Below are positions 39,980 through 48,223 of a stretch of 64,000 nt of DNA, piece after piece (the stretch's first letter is position 1; each line of letters starts with the position of its first letter). The notes beneath the pieces were generated by a model. That model did not search any database. It saw nothing but the letters and a program-made list of their open reading frames with translations, and was not told the DNA's origin. Both the position numbers and the translations under genes were made by a program. Where the stretch lies: the NCBI GenBank assembly GCA_965220745.1, contig CBDCQT010000012.1, forward strand, positions 352,001 through 416,000, given 5' to 3'. This DNA is from Alphaproteobacteria bacterium (GTDB taxonomy: Bacteria > Pseudomonadota > Alphaproteobacteria > UBA828).

Positions 39980-40589
39980 CCATCAGGAGAACGTCGCGCT
40001 CGATCCAGGCGATCACTTCGGCAAGGCCATCGCCGGCGCGCAGGTTGGTGAAGAGGAAGGGCCGCGTGCCCCGCATCTTCCTGGAATCCCGCTCCATCAC
40101 GCCCAAGTCGGCGCCCACCATCGGTGCGAGGTCGATCTTGTTGATGACCAGCAGCGGCGACTTGGTGATGCCGGGCCCGCCCTTGCGCGGGATCTTGTCG
40201 CCCTCGGCCACGTCGATCACGTAGATGTAGCTGTCCACCAGCTCGGGGCTGAAGGTCGCCGCGAGGTTGTCGCCGCCGCTCTCGACGAAGACGATGTCGA
40301 GGTCGGGATGCAGCGCCGCCATCTCCTCGATGGCATGCGCGTTCATCGAGACGTCCTCGCGGATGGCGGTGTGCGGGCAACCGCCGGTCTCGACGCCGGC
40401 CACGCGCTCGGGCGCGATGGCGCCCGACTTGATGACGAATTCGGCGTCTTCCTTGGTGTAGATGTCGTTGGTGATGGCGGCCAGCGAGTGGTCCGGCCCC
40501 ATGCTGCGGCAGAGCGACACCAGCAGCGCCGTCTTGCCCGACCCCACCGGCCCGCCGATGCCGATCCTGACCGGCTTGCGCATCCGCAA
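39939..40589 (-). CDS. ureG: Urease accessory GTPase UreG
   Basis: [33 protein letters not shown]. Confidence 0.96.
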   Translation of the reverse strand: MRMRKPVRIGIGGPVGSGKTALLVSLCRSMGPDHSLAAITNDIYTKEDAEFVIKSGAIAPERVAGVETGGCPHTAIREDVSMNAHAIEEMAALHPDLDIVFVESGGDNLAATFSPELVDSYIYVIDVAEGDKIPRKGGPGITKSPLLVINKIDLAPMVGADLGVMERDSRKMRGTRPFLFTNLRAGDGLAEVIAWIERDVLLMDGHDGAEQRAGTA

Positions 40590-40658
40590 GTCTCCCCGTT
40601 TTCCTGCGTCTAACGTCGCGTTTCCGAAACGAAAGAGCAGAGTGCTCCCGTCCCCGTC

Positions 40659-40750
40659 TCGTCATGGCCGGGCTTGACCCGGCCATCCACTCGCGCATCC
40701 CGGTCTTGCTTGGACCGACTGGATGCCCGGATCAAGTCCGGGCATGACGA
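40659..40750. repeat. Inverted pair of REP-type palindromic units
   Basis: tcgtcatggccgggcttgacccggccatcca (40659-40689) and near reverse complement tggatgcccggatcaagtccgggcatgacga (40720-40750). Confidence 0.8.
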
Positions 40751-40800
40751 CAGGAGGTCGATGGCACCCGTGCGCATTTTCAAGACACGACGCCAGACTA

Positions 40801-41511
40801 TCACGACATGCAAAGCCGCGTGTGCAGGCGCTCGTGCCGCATGCTGGCGACATCGAGGCCGGCGGTGGCGCTCCCGAGAGCGTCCAGCTCCATGGCGCAG
40901 GCGTCCTCGGTGCCTTGGGTCAGCAGCGGCCAGGCCTCCTTCACGATGCGCTGGCTCTCGATCTGGCCGAGCGGGATCAGCCGCGCGCCGACGCTGACGA
41001 GGTTGGAGAGCGCCGCGTGAAGGAAGGCGAGCACCGCGTCCGCCGTGCCGATGCCTTGCGCCTCCGCCGCCGCGCCGAAGATCACCGCCTGATGGCCCTC
41101 GCAGCGCCCGTCGCGCACAGCCTCTGCAAAGGGCGCGAGGGGCTCGCCCGAGAAGACGTCGCGGTAGGCGCCGAGCAGCGCGCGGCCGGTCTTGAACGAG
41201 GCCTCGCGCGCTTCCCGACTGAGCTTGAGCGCGCCCACGATGCGGTCGAGGTCCACCAGCCCGTCGAGATCGCCTGCGGCGGCGCGGCGGTGGGCGTGGG
41301 CGACTGCGGCGCCATCGGTGGGCGCGGCGGCGTAGCGGAGCCAGTCCCGGCAGGCTCCCTCGAAGCTTGCGGCGTCGTCCAGCGCGCCCGAGTCGATCCA
41401 GGTCTCAAAGCCGTAGGAATGGTTGAACGCGCCGGTCGGGAACGAGGCGTTCGCCACCTGCAGCAGGTAGAGGAGCCGGTCCGGCGCGTCAGTGGTCATG
41501 GTGATGGCCAT
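40801..41511 (-). CDS. ureF: Urease accessory protein UreF
   Basis: FPTGAFNHSYGFE, RLIPLGQ, HERLHTRLCMS; start may be 41499. Confidence 0.92.
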   Translation of the reverse strand: MAITMTTDAPDRLLYLLQVANASFPTGAFNHSYGFETWIDSGALDDAASFEGACRDWLRYAAAPTDGAAVAHAHRRAAAGDLDGLVDLDRIVGALKLSREAREASFKTGRALLGAYRDVFSGEPLAPFAEAVRDGRCEGHQAVIFGAAAEAQGIGTADAVLAFLHAALSNLVSVGARLIPLGQIESQRIVKEAWPLLTQGTEDACAMELDALGSATAGLDVASMRHERLHTRLCMS

Positions 41512-41971
41512 GGTGATCGTGGTGATGGTGGGCGCCGTGGGCGCCGTATCGGCGGCCGACGAAGGGGATCGTGCGTTCCTCGTAGGCGATGCCGAGGCGC
41601 ATGAGCAGGTCGGCCACCATGGGATCGGCCGGGGTCAGCATCCCCTCGTCGGTGAAGCGGACGGGCCGGTGCAGGTTGCCGAGCTGATAGCCGGCGACGC
41701 CCCAGGTGTAGGCATCGTCCGGGCTGACGACGTAGAGCGCCTCCGGCGCGGCGCGCGCCACGACCGCCGTGGTGCCCTCCAGCGCCAGCACGTCGCCGTC
41801 GTTGATCTCGGTGCCGCGCGGGAGCGAGATGCGCACGTCGCGCCCGCCCTCGGAGCGCCCGACGAGATGGGCGCTGGCGCGTTCCTCCGAGTTGAGCAGG
41901 ACCGGGTCCTCGCTCTCGATCTTCTCGCGCAAGGTTTCGACCGTGCCGAGGACCGCGGTGACGACCGCCAT
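41489..41971 (-). CDS. ureE: Urease accessory Ni chaperone UreE
   Basis: DGDVL, YQLGNLH, His-rich tail HGAHHHHDHHGHHHDH. Confidence 0.9.
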   Translation of the reverse strand: MAVVTAVLGTVETLREKIESEDPVLLNSEERASAHLVGRSEGGRDVRISLPRGTEINDGDVLALEGTTAVVARAAPEALYVVSPDDAYTWGVAGYQLGNLHRPVRFTDEGMLTPADPMVADLLMRLGIAYEERTIPFVGRRYGAHGAHHHHDHHGHHHDH

Positions 41972-41995
41972 GCGTGCCGTCGCCTCTGCCGCCCC

Positions 41996-43702
41996 TTAGC
42001 GGAAGTAGAAGAGCTGGGTCAGCGGCAGGGTCTTGGCCGGCTTCACCGTGATGCGCTCGCCATCGACGTAGACGTTGTAGGTCTCGGGGTCGATCTCGAT
42101 ATCGGGCAGCGCGTCGTTGTGGATCATGTCGCGCTTGGAGATGGTGCGGCAGCGCTTCACCGGCACCAGCGTCTGGGTCTCGATCCGGTCCGCAAGGCCG
42201 TTGTCGAGCGCCGCCTTGGTGACGAAGGAATAGCTCGTCCGCTTCGGGTTGACGCCGAGGGAGCCGTACTGCGGGCGGTACTTGAGCGGCTGGCCGGTCA
42301 TCAGCGAGCCCGCCGGGTCGCCCATCACCGCGTGCGAGATGAAGCCGCCCTTCAGCGTCACCTCGGGCTTGGCGATGAAGAACTCGGGCCGCCAGAACAC
42401 CAGGTCCGCCAGCTTGCCGGGCGTGATCGAGCCCACGTAGGAATCGACGCCGAAGCAGATCGACGGGTTGATCGTCACCTTGGCCAGATAGCGCTTGATC
42501 CTGAAGTTGTCGTTGTCCGAGCCGTCCTCCGAGAGCCGCCCGAAGCGCACCTTGTTCACCGCCGCGAGCTGGAAGGAGCGCTGCGCGCTCTCCGCCGCGC
42601 GGCCCACGCCCTGGCTGTCGGAGCCGATCATGCTGATCGCGCCCATGTCGTGCAGCACGTCCTCGGCCCGCATGGTCTCCGCCCTGGCCCGGCCCTGAAT
42701 GAAGGCGATGTCCGTCGGCACGCTCTTGTTCAGGTTGTGGCAGGTGATCAACATGTCGATCTCTTCGTCGTACGTGTTGATCGAGAACGGGTTGGTCGGG
42801 TTGGTCGAGCTTGGCAAGAGGTTGGGCTCGCCGCAGACCCGCATCATGTCCGGCGCGTTGCCGCCTCCCGCGCCCTCGCAGTGGTAGATGTGCATGACGC
42901 GGCCGTTGATGGCGGCGATGGTGTCCTCGTAGTAGCCGGTCTCGTTCAGCGTGTCGGCGTGAATCTGGACCTGGAAGTCGTACTCGTCCGCAAGCTCCAT
43001 GGTGGTCTCGATGGCGGCGGGCGATGACGACCAGTCCTCGTGAATCTTGAGCCCCGTGGCGCCGGCCAGGATCTGCTCCACCAGCGAGCCCGGCGTCGCC
43101 GCGTTGCCCTTGCCGAAGTTGCCGAAGTTCAGCGGGATGTCCGCCATCGCCTCCAGCATGCGCTGGATGTTGAACACGCCGGGGCACTCGATGCCCACCG
43201 TCTTCGGCCCCGAGCCGCCGCCGATCACCGTGGTGAAGCCCGCGTTCTGATACTCGTAAAGCTGCTGCACGGAATCGAAGTGGGGGTGGATGTCGACGAA
43301 GCCCGGCGTGCAGATCATCCCCTCCACCGAGAGGATGTCGGTGTTGGGCGAGACGATCAGCCCCGGCGTGATGTTCATGGTGTCCGGGTTGCCGGACTTG
43401 CCGACGCCGACGATCTCGCCGTCCAGCACGCCGATGTCGCCCTTCACGACGCCGAGGATGGGGTCGATGATCACCGCGTTGGTGATCACCATGTCGAGCC
43501 CGCCGTCGCTCTGCTTCCACTTCGACGCCTGGCCCATGCCGTCGCGGATGGTCTTGCCGCCGCCGAAGACGAGCTCGTCGCCGTAGGTGGTGTAGTCGTG
43601 CTCGATCTCGGCCACGAGGCCGGTGTCGGCGAGGTGAATCTTGTCTCCGGTGGTCGGCCCGTACTGCGCGGCGTAGTCCGGGCGGGCGATCTTCATGCTC
43701 AT
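41996..43702 (-). CDS. ureC: Urease alpha subunit, divergent substrate pocket
   Basis: YGPTTGD, FGGGKTIRDGMGQ, DIHPH, GLKIHEDW, HADTLNE, HCEGAGGG, SDSQ. Confidence 0.92.
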   Translation of the reverse strand: MSMKIARPDYAAQYGPTTGDKIHLADTGLVAEIEHDYTTYGDELVFGGGKTIRDGMGQASKWKQSDGGLDMVITNAVIIDPILGVVKGDIGVLDGEIVGVGKSGNPDTMNITPGLIVSPNTDILSVEGMICTPGFVDIHPHFDSVQQLYEYQNAGFTTVIGGGSGPKTVGIECPGVFNIQRMLEAMADIPLNFGNFGKGNAATPGSLVEQILAGATGLKIHEDWSSSPAAIETTMELADEYDFQVQIHADTLNETGYYEDTIAAINGRVMHIYHCEGAGGGNAPDMMRVCGEPNLLPSSTNPTNPFSINTYDEEIDMLITCHNLNKSVPTDIAFIQGRARAETMRAEDVLHDMGAISMIGSDSQGVGRAAESAQRSFQLAAVNKVRFGRLSEDGSDNDNFRIKRYLAKVTINPSICFGVDSYVGSITPGKLADLVFWRPEFFIAKPEVTLKGGFISHAVMGDPAGSLMTGQPLKYRPQYGSLGVNPKRTSYSFVTKAALDNGLADRIETQTLVPVKRCRTISKRDMIHNDALPDIEIDPETYNVYVDGERITVKPAKTLPLTQLFYFR

Positions 43703-43725
43703 GCTCTGGCTCCCTGCTCCTGACC

Positions 43726-44235
43726 TCAGTCGCCGTCTTTGCCGCCGCCGAACTTCTCGTCCGGCGGGGTCTGGACCGGATAGCGCTCGCCCTCGAAGCA
43801 GTAGCCCTCGGCCCTGAGGCGGCGCATGGTCTGCTCCTTGATGATGCCGGAGCGGACCGAGCCGTTGGTCATGTTGTTCATGCCGTAGGCGACCTGGCGG
43901 CCGACGTAGCCGGTGATCTGCACCTTGCGGCTCTGGCCGGGCTCGAAGCGCACCGCGCTGCCGGATGGCACGTCGAGGCGCATGCCGAACGCCGCCTCAC
44001 GGTCGAAGGCCATCGCCCTGTTGCACTCGGCGAGGTGGTAGTGGGCGCCGATCTGGATCGGCCGGTCGCCGGTGTTGACCATGACGATCTCGATCGCGGG
44101 GCGATCGGCATTGATCTCGATGTCGCCGTCGGCGAAGTCGATGGCGCCGCACTTCTCCGGCTCGCCCACCTCGAACGCCTCGTCCGGCACGATCGATTCC
44201 GGCAGCGGCGGCGGGCTCCATTTTCTCTTAGCCAT
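43726..44235 (-). CDS. ureB: Urease beta subunit with N- and C-terminal extensions
   Basis: NTGDRPIQIGAHYH, GMRLDVPSGSAVRFEPG. Confidence 0.92.
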   Translation of the reverse strand: MAKRKWSPPPLPESIVPDEAFEVGEPEKCGAIDFADGDIEINADRPAIEIVMVNTGDRPIQIGAHYHLAECNRAMAFDREAAFGMRLDVPSGSAVRFEPGQSRKVQITGYVGRQVAYGMNNMTNGSVRSGIIKEQTMRRLRAEGYCFEGERYPVQTPPDEKFGGGKDGD

Positions 44236-44260
44236 GGCTGTTCTCCACGCTTGGCCCGCG

Positions 44261-44572
44261 CTACTCGCGGATCGGGTTCATCACCGTGACGAGCTTGGTC
44301 CCGTCGGGGAACATGGCTTCGACCTGGACGATCTTCATCATCTCGGGCACGCCCGTCATCACGTCGTCCCGCTTCAGGATGGTGGCGCCGTACTCCATCA
44401 TGTCGGTCAGCATGGGGATGCTGCCCTCGCGCGCGCGCTCGAGAATCTCGTCGCAGATCAGCGCAATCGCCTCGGGGTAGTTCAGCTTGACGCCGCGATC
44501 GAGGCGCCGCCGGGCCATCTCTGCCGCGGCCCAAATCTGTATCCGTTCTTCTTCCCTAACAGTGAGATGCAT
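44261..44572 (-). CDS. ureA: Urease gamma subunit
   Basis: MHLT.RE, KLNYPEAIALI, VEAMFPDGTKLVTV.NPI. Confidence 0.93.
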   Translation of the reverse strand: MHLTVREEERIQIWAAAEMARRRLDRGVKLNYPEAIALICDEILERAREGSIPMLTDMMEYGATILKRDDVMTGVPEMMKIVQVEAMFPDGTKLVTVMNPIRE

Positions 44573-44844
44573 AAGCCCCCACTCCCTTTCGCTCGCGCCA
44601 CGCTTGAGGACCAGGCGAGCGCCCGGCCCTTGGTGATCGACGGCCCGATGGGCAGCCGCCGAGAGGGTATACCGCGAGGCGTACGAAGGGAAAGCGTGTC
44701 GCAGGAGAGCCGGCCCACACGCTGCCGAATGGCGAGCGGCGCGCGCTTGGCGTAGATTTATGCGTGGAGGATCGTTCGCGGCGGACCGGCTTCGGGGCCG
44801 CCCGCCCGCGCAGTAAGTAACCAGTGAAACGGAGTCACGCTTCC

Positions 44845-46134
44845 ATGACAGACGGTTCAACCGGCAACGGTGCCAAAGGCCCGCGCGTGGTCGTCGTCGG
44901 CGGATCGATGGGCGGCCTGCTCGCCGGTAGCATGCTCTACCGCGCCGGCTGCGACGTAACGGTGCACGAGCGCATCGGCACCGAGCTCGCCGAGCGGGGC
45001 GTCGGCATCGCGACCCACCCGGAGCTTCACGCCGCGCTCGAGAGCCTGGGGCTTTCCATCGACGGGGCGTACGGCGCGCGGCTCGAGGAGCGCATCACCC
45101 TCGGCACCGACGGCAGCATTCTCGCGCGCTATCACTGTCCCCAGATACAGGCATCCTGGGGGCACCTCTACGGCCTGCTGCGCAGCAACTTTCCCGACGA
45201 ACGCTACATCGGCGGCGCCAACTTCACAGGCTTCGAGCCCCACGGCGAAGGCGTGCTCGCGCACTTCGAGGACGGCACCAGCATCGAGGCCGATCTTCTG
45301 ATCGGCGCCGATGGCGTGCGCTCCACCGTGCGTCCCCAGCTCTGGCCGGATGCGGTGCCGCAGTACGCAGGCTATGTGGCCTGGCGCGGCATCGTCGATG
45401 AGGACCAGCTCTCGGCGGAATGGCGCGACATGCTGATGGCGCACTTCATCGTCTACCTGCCGCCAGGCGAGCATGTGGTCGCCTACCCGGTGGCGGGCGC
45501 GGACGGCGAGCTCAGCCCCGGCAAGCGCCGCTTCAACATCGTCTGGTACACGCTGACCACGGCCGAGAAGCTGCGGCAGATGCAGACCGACGCCACCGGC
45601 CACCATCACGAGGCGGGGATCGCGCCGCACCTCATCCTCCCGTCGTTCGTCGATGAGGTCCATCAAGCGGCGGCCGAGCGCCTGCCGCCCTGCCTCGCCG
45701 AGCCGATGACCCTCGCGCAAGGGCTATTCTTCCAGACCATCGTGGACCTGGAGGTGCCCCGGATGGTGCAGGGGCGCGTGGCCATGCTGGGCGACTCGGC
45801 GTTCTCCGCCAGGCCGCACACCGGCATGGGCGTGGTCAAGGCGACCGGCGATGCGAACTCTCTCGCCCGGGCCATCGAGGGCCATCCCGGCGATCTCGCG
45901 GGCGCGCTCTCGGCCTACGACGAGGAGCGGACCCTCTATGGCCGCTCCCTGGTCCGCTTCGGCCGCCGCCTGGGCACCCATATCGAGACCCCGGAGCGGA
46001 GCGCCGAGGACTGCGCCTTCGGCGACTACCTGCGCGAGCCCTTGACGGTGATCCAGGCCATCTCGATCCCGCCGCCCTGCTCACCGCTCGCGGCGTTCAG
46101 GGACGACCCGGAGATCGCCTGCGGGCAGCGTTAG
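44845..46134 (+). CDS. FAD-dependent monooxygenase (2,6-dihydroxypyridine hydroxylase-like)
   Basis: GGSMGG, GADGVRS, YAGYVAWRG, LGDSAF.ARPHTGMGV.KA. Confidence 0.85.
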   Translation: MTDGSTGNGAKGPRVVVVGGSMGGLLAGSMLYRAGCDVTVHERIGTELAERGVGIATHPELHAALESLGLSIDGAYGARLEERITLGTDGSILARYHCPQIQASWGHLYGLLRSNFPDERYIGGANFTGFEPHGEGVLAHFEDGTSIEADLLIGADGVRSTVRPQLWPDAVPQYAGYVAWRGIVDEDQLSAEWRDMLMAHFIVYLPPGEHVVAYPVAGADGELSPGKRRFNIVWYTLTTAEKLRQMQTDATGHHHEAGIAPHLILPSFVDEVHQAAAERLPPCLAEPMTLAQGLFFQTIVDLEVPRMVQGRVAMLGDSAFSARPHTGMGVVKATGDANSLARAIEGHPGDLAGALSAYDEERTLYGRSLVRFGRRLGTHIETPERSAEDCAFGDYLREPLTVIQAISIPPPCSPLAAFRDDPEIACGQR

Positions 46135-46146
46135 CCCGGTGCGGGC

Positions 46147-47595
46147 TCAGCCGGCCGGGCGCTCCACGGCGCGGAAGGGGTGGCGGGCCCGCAGCGTGTT
46201 CACCGCGTCGAAGATGGCCGGGAAGGTCGGCCGCTCCACGTAGGCGCCGTCGCCCTGGTCGGCGCGAATCTCCGAGCCGTCCCAGACATGCCGGCCCCGG
46301 CTCACGGTGGCGCGCGCGACGCCGGTCACCGTCATCCCCTCGTAGATGTTGAAGTCGTTGTTCTGGAGGTGGGTCTTGGCCGAGATCGTGCGCGTGGCCT
46401 TGGGGTCCCAGACCACGATATCCGCGTCCGCACCCACCTTGATCGCCCCCTTGCGCGGATAGATGTTGAAGATCTTCGCGGCGTTGGTGGACGTGATCGC
46501 GACGTACTCGTTGGCCGTGATCCGGCCAGTCTCGACACCCTGGTCCCAGAGCACCGACATGCGGTCCTCGATGCCGCTGGTGCCGTTCGGAATCTTCGAG
46601 AAATCGTCCTTGCCCATCTCCTTCTGCCAGTTGCAGTAGGCGCAGTGATCGGTCCCGGTGGTCTGCAGGTTGCCGGATTGCAGGCCGCGCCAGAGGTCCT
46701 CCTGATGGTCCTTGGGTCGGAACGGCGGGCTCATCACGAAGCCGCGGGCGACCTCCGGGTTGGGGTCGTAGTAGACGCTCTCGTCGATTACCAGGTGCTG
46801 CGCCAGGCACTCGCCGTAGACGCGCTGCCCCTCCAGCCTGGCGCGGGTGATCGCCTCCAGCGACTCCCGGCAGGTCACGTGGACGATGTAGATCGGCGCC
46901 TTGAGCAGCTGGGCGATGCGGATCGCACGGTTGGTGGCCTCGCCCTCGACCTCCGGCGGGCGCGACTGCGGGTGGCCTTCCGGCCCGGTGATGCCGGCCT
47001 TGAGCAGCTCCTGCTGCATCATCCAGACCAGGTGGCCGTCCTCGCAGTGGACGGTGCAGAGCGCGCCGAGATCCCGCGCCCGCGCGAAGCTGTTCATCAT
47101 CTTCTCGGCGTCGAGCATGACCTCGCCCTTGTAGGCCATGAAGTGCTTGAAGCTGTTGACGCCGTGATCGCGGGTCAGCGTCTCCATGTCCTCGTGAATT
47201 TCGTCGTTCCAGTTGGTGATGGCGACGTGGAAGGAATAGTCCGACGGCGCCTTCGCCGCGCGCTGCTGCCAGATCCGATAGGCATCCATCGGCCGCTGGT
47301 CCGGCGCCGGAATCACGAAGTCGATGATCATGGTGGTCCCGCCCGAGAGGCCGGCGGCGGGGCCGGTATAGAAGTCGTCGCCGGTCACGGTATCCATGAA
47401 CGGCGTTTCCATATGGGTGTGGGGGTCGATGCCGCCCGGCATGACCAGCGCGTCTCCGGCATCCACCGTCGTCGTGCCCGCGGGCACGTCGAGCCCGGTG
47501 CCGATTTCCTGAATCTTGCCGTCCGCGCAATAGATGTCGGCGACGTAGCGCTCGTCTGCGGTCACCACCGTGCCACCCTTGATCAGCGTCGACAT
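46147..47595 (-). CDS. hydA: Dihydropyrimidinase / D-hydantoinase
   Basis: GGIDPHTH, SFKHFMAYK, VHCEDG, SRPPEVEGEA, MSPP, TDHC, IPNG. Confidence 0.93.
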   Translation of the reverse strand: MSTLIKGGTVVTADERYVADIYCADGKIQEIGTGLDVPAGTTTVDAGDALVMPGGIDPHTHMETPFMDTVTGDDFYTGPAAGLSGGTTMIIDFVIPAPDQRPMDAYRIWQQRAAKAPSDYSFHVAITNWNDEIHEDMETLTRDHGVNSFKHFMAYKGEVMLDAEKMMNSFARARDLGALCTVHCEDGHLVWMMQQELLKAGITGPEGHPQSRPPEVEGEATNRAIRIAQLLKAPIYIVHVTCRESLEAITRARLEGQRVYGECLAQHLVIDESVYYDPNPEVARGFVMSPPFRPKDHQEDLWRGLQSGNLQTTGTDHCAYCNWQKEMGKDDFSKIPNGTSGIEDRMSVLWDQGVETGRITANEYVAITSTNAAKIFNIYPRKGAIKVGADADIVVWDPKATRTISAKTHLQNNDFNIYEGMTVTGVARATVSRGRHVWDGSEIRADQGDGAYVERPTFPAIFDAVNTLRARHPFRAVERPAG

Positions 47596-47744
47596 GGCTG
47601 CCTCCCTTCCCGGCGCGGTCGATGCCGGCGTCACGGCGCCTCCCTGGCAGGCCGGGCCGGACCGTTGCCGCGCGATATCCGCTGCCCCACACTACCCTAT
47701 CTGTGGCACACAGTTGCGATCTTCGCCGAAGGGGAGGGCCGAGG

Positions 47745-48197
47745 ATGGAGAAGAGCTGCGAGCGGGAGGTGCGGGAGTTTCATGCCTTCCTGCGGGACTG
47801 GCTGGCCGGCGCCGTGCCGCGCACGGCCGAAACGTTCGTCCGGTTCTCCGGCGTGATGGGCGAGGGGCTCGAGGTCATCGGCCCGCGCGGTGGGGTGACC
47901 GGGCGGGAGGCGCTGGTAAGCGAGTTCGAGGGGCTGCACGGCGAACTCGCAGGCGATGCGGACGCGTTCGAGATCTGGATCGAGAGTTTCCGCTGCCGCT
48001 GGGCCGTGGGCGATCATGCGCTGGTGACCTACGAGGAATGGCACCGGCGGCAAGGCGCGGAATCGGCGCGCCTCTCGACGGCGCTCTTCCGCCGAGCCGA
48101 GGTGACGCCCTGCGGCGTGGCTTGGTTGCACGTTCACGAGACCTGGCTGCCCGGCCGCGCGCCCGAGGGCGGCGAGCGCTTCCCCGAATCCGCCTGA
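47745..48197 (+). CDS. DUF4440/SnoaL-like small protein
   Basis: H..L.DW, YEEW...RLSTALF, WLHVHETW; gagg RBS. Confidence 0.7.
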   Translation: MEKSCEREVREFHAFLRDWLAGAVPRTAETFVRFSGVMGEGLEVIGPRGGVTGREALVSEFEGLHGELAGDADAFEIWIESFRCRWAVGDHALVTYEEWHRRQGAESARLSTALFRRAEVTPCGVAWLHVHETWLPGRAPEGGERFPESA

Positions 48198-48223
48198 GCA
48201 GGCCGGAGCGAACGCGGCGTCCC

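Noticed and set aside
41490-41540. Low-complexity tggtga repeats
   Set aside because: Encode the UreE His-rich tail
44573-44844. Guanidine riboswitch upstream of ureA
   Set aside because: No class I/II/III consensus recognisable by eye; needs an Rfam scan
47704-47718. Sigma-54 promoter-like tggcacacagttgc
   Set aside because: GG to GC spacing is 9 nt, not the required 10
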